IMG/VR virus record: IMGVR_UViG_3300032249_000373
Location: 24,261 to 88,260 of that record
Length of the DNA stretch: 64,000 nt
DNA from: a virus
Strand: one strand, 5' to 3'
Shown here: one piece after another, positions 1-9,727 of the stretch
How positions within the stretch are numbered: position 1 is the first letter of the stretch
Layout of the letters: the number at the start of each line of letters is the position of its first letter
Made by a program: the position numbers and the translations under genes
The notes under the pieces: generated by a model
The model's database searches: none
What the model saw: only the letters and a program-made list of their open reading frames with translations
Told to the model about the DNA's origin: nothing

Positions 1-475
1 GGTCTATAAAATTGCAGGAACCTCAGTTCTTTCAGGTACAACACTTGGTTCTGGAGTTACAGCATCTTCTCTTACATCCGTAGGAACAATCACTTCTGGT
101 ACATGGACTGGTACAGCAATTGCAATTGCAAATGGTGGTACAGGTGCAACTACAGCAATGACTGCAGCAACAGCACTTCTTCCATCACAGACATCAAATT
201 CTGGTAAGTATCTTACAACTGATGGTTCAGGAACACTTTCTTGGGGTACTGTAACAGGATACTCAGCACCAACACTTGGATCAACATCTATCGCATCAGG
301 TGAAACAGTAACAACAATTACTGGTCTAACACTATCTGGAGCAACACTTACTGGAACATTGACTGCTGGGGGTTCTGCTGGAACTAACGGACTATATCTA
401 CAGTCAACTGGAAGTGGTGTTAAGTGGGCATCTGGTGGAGCATCATTTAGTGAATTAATGTTAATTGGTGCATAA
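1..475 (+). CDS. Tail fibre / virion glycine-threonine-rich protein, 5'-truncated by window edge
   Basis: Frame is open from position 2 (VYKIAGTSVLSGTTLGSGVTASSLTSVGTITSGTWTGTAIAIANGGTGATTA) into the 158..475 ORF. Low-complexity G/T/S repeats typical of phage fibre proteins. Confidence 0.6.
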   Translation, partial: VYKIAGTSVLSGTTLGSGVTASSLTSVGTITSGTWTGTAIAIANGGTGATTAMTAATALLPSQTSNSGKYLTTDGSGTLSWGTVTGYSAPTLGSTSIASGETVTTITGLTLSGATLTGTLTAGGSAGTNGLYLQSTGSGVKWASGGASFSELMLIGA

Positions 476-524
476 CACTTTAACTAATTAAAAGTACTCA
501 ACCTAAACTTAAGGTTGATAAGTT

Positions 525-553
525 AAAAACTCCGAATAAAACGGAGTTTTTTT
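525..553 (+). terminator. Rho-independent terminator
   Basis: AAAAACTCCG-AATAAAA-CGGAGTTTTT-TT perfect hairpin with T tract; A tract upstream suggests it is bidirectional. Confidence 0.8.
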
Positions 554-566
554 CTTTGTAAATTTA

Positions 567-575
567 TGATATAAT
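567..575 (+). promoter_or_regulatory. Extended -10 promoter for nrdJ
   Basis: TGATATAAT in the intergenic gap after the terminator. Confidence 0.6.
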
Positions 576-633
576 TAAGACCACTTTGGAAAACTCAAAG
601 TACTCATCTAAATTTGCTTAGAAAGGTAAATAA

Positions 634-2664
634 ATGTCAGAAGTTTTTTCGTTTCGTCTATCAGAAGAATTTGTAAATAAATATAATAATACTCCAGCAC
701 CATTTGGATTCTCAGATGCTGGGTCTAACTCATTAGGAGAGATTACATTTATTCGTACATATTCTCGTGTTAAGGAAGACGGTACAAAAGAACGATGGCA
801 TGAAGTATGTCGCCGTGTAATTGAGGGTATGTATTCAGTACAGAAGAATCATGCTAAAGATAATCGTCTACCATGGAATGATAATAAAGCACAGAAGTCT
901 GCACAAGAAGCATTTCAAAGAATGTTTGAACTAAAGTGGACACCACCAGGCCGTGGCCTATGGGCATTTGGAACTCCAATGACTATGGAAAAGCGTAACT
1001 CAGCATCACTACAAAACTGTGCAATGGTTTCAACAAGAGACATTGATCGTAATGACCCAGGGGCTTTATTTGCTTGGGTAATGGATGCATTAATGTTGGG
1101 TATTGGAGTTGGGTTTGATACCCTTGGACAAGACAAGCAAATGTCTATTTATTCTCCTACTGAACCAGCATCTATTTACGAAATTCCAGATACTCGTGAA
1201 GGTTGGGTAGAATCAGTTCGTATTTTGATTAACTCTTTCTTAAGACAGAATCAGCCTATTCAAGAATTTAATTATGACCTTATCCGTCCTCTAGGTGCCC
1301 CTATTAAGGGCTTTGGAGGCGTTGCAAGCGGTCCAGCACCACTTATTGACCTCCATACACGTATTCGTAATGTAATTGGCTCTAGGGCTGGAGAAGTGTT
1401 AGATAGTCGTGCAATTGTAGATATTGTTAACCTTATTGGAACATGTGTTGTTTCTGGAAATGTTCGTCGTTCTGCTACTCTTGCACTTGGAACACCAGAG
1501 GACGATGGTTTTATTAATCTTAAGAATCCAGAAGTATTTCCAGACCGTAACTCTTATGACCCAGAAAAACCAGGGTGGGCTTGGATGTCAAACAATTCTA
1601 TTTCAGCAACTGTTGGAACAAAATATGAAGACTATGTAGATTTAATTGCAGATAATGGAGAACCAGGTTTTATCTGGCTAGATGTTGCTAGAGATTACGG
1701 TAGATTAAAAGATGCACCAGATTATAAAGATTCAAGAATCATGGGATTTAATCCTTGTGCGGAGCAACCATTAGAATCATATGAACTATGTACACTTGTA
1801 GAAGTGCACTTAAATCGTCATGAATCTAAGGAGGACTTCCTCAAGACATTGAAGTTTGCATACCTTTATGGAAAGACCGTAACCCTTATGCCAACCCATT
1901 GGCAACAGACAAATGGTATTATGCAGAGAAACCGTCGTATTGGAACTTCTCTTACTGGTATTGCTTCGTTTGCTGACAATAGTGGACTTCCAGCACTGCG
2001 TGAGTGGATGGATGAAGGGTATAACAAGATTCGTCACTATGACCACAAGTATTCAGAATGGCTTTGTGTTCGTGAATCAGTTCGTGTAACAACAGTAAAG
2101 CCATCAGGATCTGTATCACTATTATCTGGTGCAACTCCTGGAGTTCATTGGGGTCCTGGTGGAGAGTTTTATCTTCGTGCTATTCGTTTTGGAAATACAG
2201 ATCCAATGCTTCATTTATTTAAAGCAGCGGGATACAAAATTGAAGCAGATCTTGTATCAGCAAATACATCGGTAGTTTATTTTCCAGTTGCATCAGGACA
2301 TAAGCGTGCTGAAAAGCAAGTAAGCCTATTTGAAAAAATTGGTTTAGCAGCAACTGCTCAGAAGTACTGGTCTGATAATGGTGTTTCTGTAACTCTATCA
2401 TTTGACAAAGAAACAGAAAAGCAGTTTGTGGCCCCAGCATTAAATATGTACGAAGGACAACTAAAGGCAGTGTCTTTTCTTCCGATGGGAAATAAAACTT
2501 ATCCACAGCAACCATATTCTGAGATTTCAAGAGAACAATATAATGCTTATGTTGGAACAATTGGAAAAATTGATTGGTCTGCAATTTATGACGGTAAAGA
2601 TAATTTAGACGCTGAGTCTGAAAAATACTGCTCAACTGATGCATGTGAGATTAAATTATATTAA
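634..2664 (+). CDS. nrdJ: Class II (adenosylcobalamin-dependent) ribonucleotide reductase, monomeric RTPR type
   Basis: PPGRGLW, NCA, GNVRRSA, NPCAEQ (radical Cys), TTVKPSG, and C-terminal CSTDAC redox pair; AAAGG SD upstream. Confidence 0.93.
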   Translation: MSEVFSFRLSEEFVNKYNNTPAPFGFSDAGSNSLGEITFIRTYSRVKEDGTKERWHEVCRRVIEGMYSVQKNHAKDNRLPWNDNKAQKSAQEAFQRMFELKWTPPGRGLWAFGTPMTMEKRNSASLQNCAMVSTRDIDRNDPGALFAWVMDALMLGIGVGFDTLGQDKQMSIYSPTEPASIYEIPDTREGWVESVRILINSFLRQNQPIQEFNYDLIRPLGAPIKGFGGVASGPAPLIDLHTRIRNVIGSRAGEVLDSRAIVDIVNLIGTCVVSGNVRRSATLALGTPEDDGFINLKNPEVFPDRNSYDPEKPGWAWMSNNSISATVGTKYEDYVDLIADNGEPGFIWLDVARDYGRLKDAPDYKDSRIMGFNPCAEQPLESYELCTLVEVHLNRHESKEDFLKTLKFAYLYGKTVTLMPTHWQQTNGIMQRNRRIGTSLTGIASFADNSGLPALREWMDEGYNKIRHYDHKYSEWLCVRESVRVTTVKPSGSVSLLSGATPGVHWGPGGEFYLRAIRFGNTDPMLHLFKAAGYKIEADLVSANTSVVYFPVASGHKRAEKQVSLFEKIGLAATAQKYWSDNGVSVTLSFDKETEKQFVAPALNMYEGQLKAVSFLPMGNKTYPQQPYSEISREQYNAYVGTIGKIDWSAIYDGKDNLDAESEKYCSTDACEIKLY

Positions 2665-2673
2665 GCCGTATCC

Positions 2674-2682
2674 TGCTATAAT
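2674..2682 (+). promoter_or_regulatory. Extended -10 promoter
   Basis: TGCTATAAT, followed by AGGAG SD before ATG 2700. Confidence 0.6.
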
Positions 2683-2699
2683 AAGGGGATAGGAGAATA

Positions 2700-5600
2700 A
2701 TGTCTAGCCCATCAAATTTGTACGCAGAAAAAGTTTTCAGTGAACACCCAATGGCTCTTTGGGCACTAGACGATAAACTTGATTATGTTAGTCTTATTTC
2801 AGAGGCTCAAAGAAATATTCTTACACTTTGGGATAAAACAGGATGTACTCTTTCTTCAGGTACTGGACTAACTGGTGAGCCATTTCCAAATAGTTATACT
2901 ACAAAGGTTAGTTGTAGCATACCAGTTGGGGCTACAAACGAGGCTATATTAAAAAGTCCAGAAATCATGAATTTTCAGGATCTAGATTTAGAACTTGGAA
3001 CATTTTGTATTGGAACACATTTTTATTCTGGAAGCGTTTATCTAGAGTCAGTATCTATAGGATATGAATATACAGATACTACAACTTCACAAGTTGTACA
3101 AAACTTAAAAACATTTAATACCTCAATATCAAACCAGTGGGCTTTTATATCTGAAACATTTGAGATTCCCAATGAAAGCACAAACTTTAAATTAGTAATA
3201 AAAATTGTTACAAACACTGGTGGAGACAACATAAATGACTATGAGTTTTACTTTAATGGAATATCTTTGGGTCAATGGTCTGAAGAGTTTAATGTAGTTT
3301 CTCTAGGTGTATCCTCAGAAACTTTTCCAGCAGAGATTGAACTAACAACAACTAGCAGAGTTATTCCAGCACCAGCGTATGGAATATCTTCTGACACAGG
3401 ATACTATCTTGTAAATGATAATTCTTTAGTAGCAAAAAATACTGGAGTTCCTTTAGTCTTTGGTGCATCAAATGTTACAAAGTTATCTCCAAACACAGGG
3501 GGAGACCCTTCTTTTATATTTCCTGGAAAAGGTTTCTTGCATGAAAATGGAAGGCATAGCGATTACACTGTAGAGTTTTGGGCAAGAATTAATTCAGACT
3601 CTAATGACCCTAAAAGAATTTTTGGACCAATAGGAAGTGAAGATGGTCTTTATGTAGAGGGTGGATTCTTAACTCTTTTAATTGGCGGAAAATTTAGTTC
3701 TCATTTTGTTGGGGAATGGTTTAGACCAATGTTAATTCATATTAGGTTAATTACTGACAATGCCACAGTCTTGATTAATGGAGAGCAAGTAATATCCTTA
3801 GACTTTATTACATCAAGCATATCTTTGCCATCAATAAATGGAGAGGATTGGATTGGCTTTTATGCTTATAATAATGTAAACCCAATAGAGATTGATTGTG
3901 TAGCAATATATTCATACCAGGTTCCAAATGTTGTAGCAAAAAGAAGGTATGTTTATGGTCAAGGAGTAGGATCATCAGAAAGCATTGATTCTGCATACAG
4001 TGGAACCTCTGCATTTATAGATTATTCTTTTGCAGACTACACAGCAAACTATAACTACCCAGATTTTGCACAGTGGCAACAGGGAACATTTGATAATCTT
4101 TCAACAACTGCAACAGCCCTAACAACTCCTCAGTATTCTTTGCCAACAATATTTACTGGAACAAAAACATTGCAAGAACTATATGATGACTCAGATATTC
4201 TATATCAAAACCTTGCTAGTGGAGATTTAGGGACAGATGCTCACTTTATATCATTAAATGCAGACTCAACTTGGAATAATGATGGAGCATATATTAACTT
4301 TGGAAACTTTAATATTTTAAACTCACAAGTTGCATCTTTGTATGGAGTATTTCAGGTAAATAATCAGGGTAGTGGAACAAACGAAACAGAAGAAATACTA
4401 TTTAAGATATATAATCAAAGTACAGGAAACTACTTTTCTATTAAGGTAGATGGACTAGAAATCGTGTACTCTTTATATTACTCAGGAATATCTCAAGAAA
4501 TATATCGTACAGATGAGTTTGAGGTTGAAGAACTTTTTGCTGCTGGAATTAATATTCAAACACTTGTAAACACTTTTGGTGGAAACCTTGCAACATTCTT
4601 TGGTAATCAAAACTCCTTAAGCCTTTATGTTGGTGGAGATAACTCTGGATCTAAAACCTTTAAAGGATATATTTTTTCTATTGGATTTTCAACAGAACTA
4701 AACTCAAACTCAATATCTAATTGTTTTGATGAAAGTGGAATTGCAATTATTGATACTTACACTGGAAGTGGAGTTGAGTCATCTGAAAATGCATTAGCAT
4801 TATTGTCACATACAGCAAGTTATACTCTTTTGCCAACATATGCGTATGGAAGTTTGTTCTTAGACATAGGTGTTTCTGGATATTGGGAAGACTACATGCC
4901 ATTATCTTATTTTGCAAAGTTTGTTCAAAATGATCTAGGAAATTCTTTTTATGACTTAGACTTTTTACAGTTCAATATTGGTTATCCCTCACCATCAAGC
5001 CTGCTTGAGGCAGAGACAACTGGATCTTGGACATATGAGGAGTTGGCTAGTTCATATTCTTTGCCAACACAAAGAACATACCAGCAACTAGATAACTCTT
5101 TGCTTACTGGTTGGAATAACTATCAAGACCTTAAAGAAAAGGCTTTAAAGTATTATGAGTATAATACTGAAGGAGCAGCAGTTAGAAGTTATGTTACTTT
5201 TCAGTATATTGCTGACGGTGCAAATTTATCACAAGATAATTTTACAACAACTGTTACTGCAAAAGAAAATGCTGTTGTTGATGTTTCAGAATATTCTTCT
5301 TGGTCAACTACAAAGTTTGAGGTTGTTGACAATACAATAATTTATCCAAGAAAAGATGTTGACTTTAATAGTTTAGCAATTGTTTATCATCTTGATTTTA
5401 ATATTCGTGGAATACTAACAAAACCAGTTTTGCTAAGAAAACTTGAACTTGCATCCCAGGCATTAAATGACAATTCCTTTAATCCAGTAGGAACAAGGTT
5501 TGGAACAGACCTATTCCCGTATAAGCGCTCTGGACTATATTATGATTATAAGTCAAAGAACCCATTTAGTATTTATAAGGGAAGTACTCCATACCTATAC

Positions 5601-6344
5601 ATGAATAGAACATCTGGAATACAAGTTCGTGGAGATTTTGATTCAAACTTTGATCGTGGAATTTCAATACCAATTAATCAATCTCTTGCAGAAAACTATA
5701 GAGTAAGCGCAATGCAGTCTTGGATAAGGTATGACCAAGAATCATTTACAGCAACATCAATTCCTTTATTTGAAATAATACACAAGGCAGATACTATTGT
5801 TTTCTTTGTTGTAGCCAATGATGAAACTGGTCAGCGTGGCAGGGTTTATGCTAAAAATAAATCAGATAACTCAGATTTTCAGGGAATATCGTACTACCTT
5901 AATGGAACGCTTGTAAGAGAACCAGTCTTGACAATTAAAGAATGGTCAGCGCTAGGCATTAATTTTGGAGAATCAGTAAACTTTGATCTATTTATAGGAT
6001 CAATTAATCTAAATAGCCCAGCATTGTTTAATAATGTTGCATACTATCAAGCCAACAACCTTCAACAGGTACAATCTAAGATTAATAGACCTTGGCTTAA
6101 AGTTAAGCAGGAAGGTATTACAAACAGAAACTGGTCTTTTTGGCTAAATAATTATACTTGGGAAGGCGTTTTAGTTATTTCTGCATCAGCCTTGTATGGA
6201 GTTAACGCTCAAGATGTATATAAAACCTATATTGGAACTAATAAGATTATTATTGATGATGAGTCAGGTATGATTTTTGATGCAGATAAGATGAAAATAT
6301 ACAATGACACTACGTGGTCAATATCTGTAGGCTCGCCAGTGTAA
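2700..6344 (+). CDS. Large virion structural protein with LamG/concanavalin-like beta-sandwich domains
   Basis: 1214 aa, beta-rich. N-terminal YAEKVFSEHPMALWALDD and TVEFWARI...IHIRL...VLINGEQV patterns resemble LamG-type phage tail proteins. Confidence 0.55.
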   Translation: MSSPSNLYAEKVFSEHPMALWALDDKLDYVSLISEAQRNILTLWDKTGCTLSSGTGLTGEPFPNSYTTKVSCSIPVGATNEAILKSPEIMNFQDLDLELGTFCIGTHFYSGSVYLESVSIGYEYTDTTTSQVVQNLKTFNTSISNQWAFISETFEIPNESTNFKLVIKIVTNTGGDNINDYEFYFNGISLGQWSEEFNVVSLGVSSETFPAEIELTTTSRVIPAPAYGISSDTGYYLVNDNSLVAKNTGVPLVFGASNVTKLSPNTGGDPSFIFPGKGFLHENGRHSDYTVEFWARINSDSNDPKRIFGPIGSEDGLYVEGGFLTLLIGGKFSSHFVGEWFRPMLIHIRLITDNATVLINGEQVISLDFITSSISLPSINGEDWIGFYAYNNVNPIEIDCVAIYSYQVPNVVAKRRYVYGQGVGSSESIDSAYSGTSAFIDYSFADYTANYNYPDFAQWQQGTFDNLSTTATALTTPQYSLPTIFTGTKTLQELYDDSDILYQNLASGDLGTDAHFISLNADSTWNNDGAYINFGNFNILNSQVASLYGVFQVNNQGSGTNETEEILFKIYNQSTGNYFSIKVDGLEIVYSLYYSGISQEIYRTDEFEVEELFAAGINIQTLVNTFGGNLATFFGNQNSLSLYVGGDNSGSKTFKGYIFSIGFSTELNSNSISNCFDESGIAIIDTYTGSGVESSENALALLSHTASYTLLPTYAYGSLFLDIGVSGYWEDYMPLSYFAKFVQNDLGNSFYDLDFLQFNIGYPSPSSLLEAETTGSWTYEELASSYSLPTQRTYQQLDNSLLTGWNNYQDLKEKALKYYEYNTEGAAVRSYVTFQYIADGANLSQDNFTTTVTAKENAVVDVSEYSSWSTTKFEVVDNTIIYPRKDVDFNSLAIVYHLDFNIRGILTKPVLLRKLELASQALNDNSFNPVGTRFGTDLFPYKRSGLYYDYKSKNPFSIYKGSTPYLYMNRTSGIQVRGDFDSNFDRGISIPINQSLAENYRVSAMQSWIRYDQESFTATSIPLFEIIHKADTIVFFVVANDETGQRGRVYAKNKSDNSDFQGISYYLNGTLVREPVLTIKEWSALGINFGESVNFDLFIGSINLNSPALFNNVAYYQANNLQQVQSKINRPWLKVKQEGITNRNWSFWLNNYTWEGVLVISASALYGVNAQDVYKTYIGTNKIIIDDESGMIFDADKMKIYNDTTWSISVGSPV

Positions 6345-6346
6345 TC

Positions 6347-6355
6347 TGGTATACT
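6347..6355 (+). promoter_or_regulatory. Extended -10 promoter, probably leaderless start
   Basis: TGGTATACT, 7 nt before ATG 6363. Confidence 0.55.
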
Positions 6356-6362
6356 TGTGGTT

Positions 6363-6761
6363 ATGGATTCTTTATTTAGCCCAAAAACTGGCAAACCAAT
6401 TGTTGAAAATGTACGACGTAAGGTCATTGATAAGCATTATGACTGGGGTCTATACGTATATAAGAAGTCAAACGGAAAGTGGTTTACTGACGGAACGGGT
6501 TCTGTATTAAACATCCCCGCTCAAAAAGGTGACATCTCAAAGATTGCAGAACTAAAAAGGGCTGCAGTATTTAATGGTGACGACGGAGAAGGCACAGCCC
6601 ATTTTGTTCCTGGACTAACTAGAATATCAGAAGAAGAATATTCAGAACAAAAAGATAGAATGAGACAGGGTTTAATCCCAAATGTTAATGACCTAGGCGC
6701 AATCGCCGATGCACAAAAAACACTAAACACACACGGAAGGGATGCGTACGAAAGTGACTGA
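6363..6761 (+). CDS. Hypothetical protein immediately upstream of portal
   Basis: ORF track 6357..6761. ATG 6363 preferred because of promoter spacing. Confidence 0.6.
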   Translation: MDSLFSPKTGKPIVENVRRKVIDKHYDWGLYVYKKSNGKWFTDGTGSVLNIPAQKGDISKIAELKRAAVFNGDDGEGTAHFVPGLTRISEEEYSEQKDRMRQGLIPNVNDLGAIADAQKTLNTHGRDAYESD

Positions 6762-8361
6762 TGATGATGATAACTTCCAGTATGTAAGAGCAAGCCTAAA
6801 CACTCAAGAACAAGAAGAAAGTAAATTTAATTTAAGTGACCCATTTAATAAAAATTGGGAAGAGTTACAAAAATACTCTGGTCTAGATCAAAACTTTCGT
6901 CGCCGTGTGGCAAGACAAGTAAGCAAAGCAATAACGCCAAATGAAGCGTACCTAGATTCTGCAAATGCAGTTCCATCTGGAGTGGATGCTGGATCAAAAG
7001 CCCTTAATCCTGGAACAGTATACAGAAACGGATACGGTCTATTTGACGTAATCACACCACCATACAATATGTATGAACTTGCAAATTTTTATGATACATC
7101 TTTTGCTAACCATGCAGCCATTGATGCAAAGGTAGAAAATATCGTAGGCCTTGGATATCGTTTTGATATTGCAGATAGAACTGCACTTAGACTAGAGATG
7201 TCAGAAGATGCGTCAGCAACTGACAGAGCAAGAAACAGAATTGAAAGAGCAAAAATTGAATTGCGTGACTGGCTAGAAAACCTTAATGATGATGATAGTT
7301 TTACAAAAATTATGGAAAAGGTTTATACGGATGTTGAGGCAACTGGTAATGGTTTTATTGAAGTCGGTAGAACAATAAAGGGAGAAATTGGCTATATTGG
7401 TCACATTCCAGCAACCACTGTTCGTGTTCGTAGACTTAATGATGGATTCCTTCAAATTATTGGGCAGGCAGTTGTTTACTTTAGAAATTTTGGGGCTAAT
7501 AATCCAAATCCAGTAACAGCAGACACTCGTGCAAATGAAATTATTCATATCAAGTCTTACTCTCCACTAAATACCTACTATGGAATTCCAGACATTGTTT
7601 CTGCAATGCCATCTTTAATTGGAGATCAACTAGCGTCAAGATACAACATTGACTACTTTGAAAACAAGGCTGTGCCAAGATACATTATTACCCTAAAGGG
7701 TGCAAAACTATCTGGTGACGCTGAAGATAAGATGTTTAGATTCCTTCAAACTGGATTAAAGTCTCAGTCCCACAGAACTCTTTACATTCCACTTCCTGGA
7801 GATACTGATCAAAACAAGGTTGAGTTCAAGATGGAGCCAATTGAAAACGGCATCCAAGATGGATCATTTAAAGAGTATCGTAAACAAAATCGTGATGATA
7901 TTTTAATTGCCCATCAAGTACCTATCTCAAAATTAGGTGGATCAGAATCTGGACTTGCTGCAGCGCTTTCTCAAGACAGAACATTTAAAGAACAGGTTGC
8001 TCGTCCTGCACAACATCATCTTGAAAAGGTTGTTAATAAGATCATTAAGGAAAAGACAGATGTTCTTGAACTTAAGTTTAATGAACTAACTCTTACTGAT
8101 GAGATTGCACAGTCTCAAATTCTTGAAAGATATGTTAAGACTCAGGTTATGACTCCAAATGAGGCTCGCACAGCACTTGATTTGCCACAAAGAAAAGACG
8201 GGGATGTTCCATTTGTAATGACTCCAAGACAGGCAACAGATGCTAGAGCAAACCTTGCTGGTAATCGTCAAAGAGATACAGAAAGAACAAATAGTCAATC
8301 AGATGGCGCTGCAACTCTTGATGGACGCAATCCACAAGGAGAGGGAAGAGCGTCTCAATAA
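6742..8361 (+). CDS. Portal protein (HK97/PBSX-like)
   Basis: GNGFIEV, HIPATTVRV, EIIHIK, YYGIPD, NKAVPRYII, MTPNEAR motifs; first gene of head module. Start could be GTG 6754. Confidence 0.9.
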   Translation: MRTKVTDDDDNFQYVRASLNTQEQEESKFNLSDPFNKNWEELQKYSGLDQNFRRRVARQVSKAITPNEAYLDSANAVPSGVDAGSKALNPGTVYRNGYGLFDVITPPYNMYELANFYDTSFANHAAIDAKVENIVGLGYRFDIADRTALRLEMSEDASATDRARNRIERAKIELRDWLENLNDDDSFTKIMEKVYTDVEATGNGFIEVGRTIKGEIGYIGHIPATTVRVRRLNDGFLQIIGQAVVYFRNFGANNPNPVTADTRANEIIHIKSYSPLNTYYGIPDIVSAMPSLIGDQLASRYNIDYFENKAVPRYIITLKGAKLSGDAEDKMFRFLQTGLKSQSHRTLYIPLPGDTDQNKVEFKMEPIENGIQDGSFKEYRKQNRDDILIAHQVPISKLGGSESGLAAALSQDRTFKEQVARPAQHHLEKVVNKIIKEKTDVLELKFNELTLTDEIAQSQILERYVKTQVMTPNEARTALDLPQRKDGDVPFVMTPRQATDARANLAGNRQRDTERTNSQSDGAATLDGRNPQGEGRASQ

Positions 8362-8390
8362 TTGAGAAATCTCTTAAAACATTTGGTATA

Positions 8391-9701
8391 ATGGATAACG
8401 ATATGTTAATCAATAAAGCACACTGGACAACAGACAAGGATAGCGTCCGTCTGTCAATGCCTATTGGCAAGGTAGATGTAGAACGCAGAATGGTCTCTGG
8501 CTTTGCAACTCTTGACAATATTGATAAGCAAGATGATATTGTTACAACTGAGGCAAGTCTTCAGGCATTTAAAAATTTCCGTGGCAATTTAAGAGAAATG
8601 CACCAACCTTCAGCGGTAGGAAAGATTGTCTCATTCAAAGAAGATAAGTATTTTGACCCTAATTCAAAGAAGTTTTATAGCGGAGTTTATGTATCTGCAT
8701 ACGTATCAAAGGGTGCACAAGATGCCTGGGAGAAAGTTTTAGATGGCACATATAGTGGTTTTTCTATTGGTGGCAACATTAAGTCTTGGGATGATGCATA
8801 TAATGCAGACATGGACAAGGCAATTCGTATTATCAAGGATTATGATCTTTATGAACTATCTCTTGTAGATAGCCCAGCAAACCAATTTGCAAGCATTATC
8901 TCTGTTGAAAAGGTTAATGGACAGAATGTTATTTCTGGAGCATCAGTAGATGCAGTAATTGAAAATGTTTTTTACGATTCTGAAAACGGTATTGTATTAG
9001 TATCTGACTCAGAAACAGCAGAAAGCCCATTAAGTGGTAAGAACATGGAAAATATTGGTTTTGTAGAAAAAAGTGATGACGAAAAAGCAAACATGATAAA
9101 GTTCTTAGTTGATAGTGCTAAAGGCATTAGTACAATTAAGATTACCAAGGAGGTAAATAAAATGACAGAAGCAACAGAAGCAGTATTAGATGCTGTAGTT
9201 GAAAATGTTGAAATTACTCCAGAGGCACAGCCAGCAGAAGTAGAAACTCCTGCAGTCGTTGAAGCATCAGCAACAGATACTGTTGTTGAAAAGTCAGACG
9301 ATGGTGGTGCAGTTCCTTCTGCTCCAGTAGTAGAAGAAGAGAGCGTTGTTCCAGCAGTTGAAGCCGAACTTGCTGTAGCAAAATCAGATGAATCAATTGT
9401 AGATGCAGTTGCTGAAATCAAGAACTCTCTTACTAATGCCTTTGGCGATCTTGCTGCAACCATTAAGTCTCTTAATGAGCAGGTTGAAGCACTTAGCAAG
9501 TCCGTTGACGCTGTGTCTACAGAAGTAACACAAGTCAAAGGTCAGTTCAATGAGTTTGGAAAGAGAGTAGATGCCGTTGAGCAAGATACCGCTTTCCGCA
9601 AGTCTGGCGATCTAGGCGAGATCGTGCAGTTTGAGCCTGTAAAGGTTCAGAAATCCCTATGGGGCGGACGTTTCCTCAAAAATTCCGACCTATTTAATTA
9701 A
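8391..9701 (+). CDS. Prohead protease (HK97 family) fused to acidic scaffold domain
   Basis: RMVSGFA, IDKQDD, REMH (His), SGFSIGG (Ser), ELSLVDSPAN motifs; C-terminal half E/A/V-rich coiled coil. Real start may be ATG 8403. Confidence 0.88.
   Translation: MDNDMLINKAHWTTDKDSVRLSMPIGKVDVERRMVSGFATLDNIDKQDDIVTTEASLQAFKNFRGNLREMHQPSAVGKIVSFKEDKYFDPNSKKFYSGVYVSAYVSKGAQDAWEKVLDGTYSGFSIGGNIKSWDDAYNADMDKAIRIIKDYDLYELSLVDSPANQFASIISVEKVNGQNVISGASVDAVIENVFYDSENGIVLVSDSETAESPLSGKNMENIGFVEKSDDEKANMIKFLVDSAKGISTIKITKEVNKMTEATEAVLDAVVENVEITPEAQPAEVETPAVVEASATDTVVEKSDDGGAVPSAPVVEEESVVPAVEAELAVAKSDESIVDAVAEIKNSLTNAFGDLAATIKSLNEQVEALSKSVDAVSTEVTQVKGQFNEFGKRVDAVEQDTAFRKSGDLGEIVQFEPVKVQKSLWGGRFLKNSDLFN
9162..9701 (+). 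CDS. Nested in-frame scaffold protein (internal start)
   Basis: Strong AAGGAGGT SD at 9147-9154 ahead of in-frame ATG 9162, at the protease/scaffold boundary. Confidence 0.7.
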   Translation: MTEATEAVLDAVVENVEITPEAQPAEVETPAVVEASATDTVVEKSDDGGAVPSAPVVEEESVVPAVEAELAVAKSDESIVDAVAEIKNSLTNAFGDLAATIKSLNEQVEALSKSVDAVSTEVTQVKGQFNEFGKRVDAVEQDTAFRKSGDLGEIVQFEPVKVQKSLWGGRFLKNSDLFN

Positions 9702-9727
9702 CAATATATTCACTAGGAGGTGAAATA

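Noticed and set aside
576-633. Cobalamin riboswitch upstream of nrdJ
   Set aside because: The UTR is only about 50 nt and lacks recognisable B12-box sequence.
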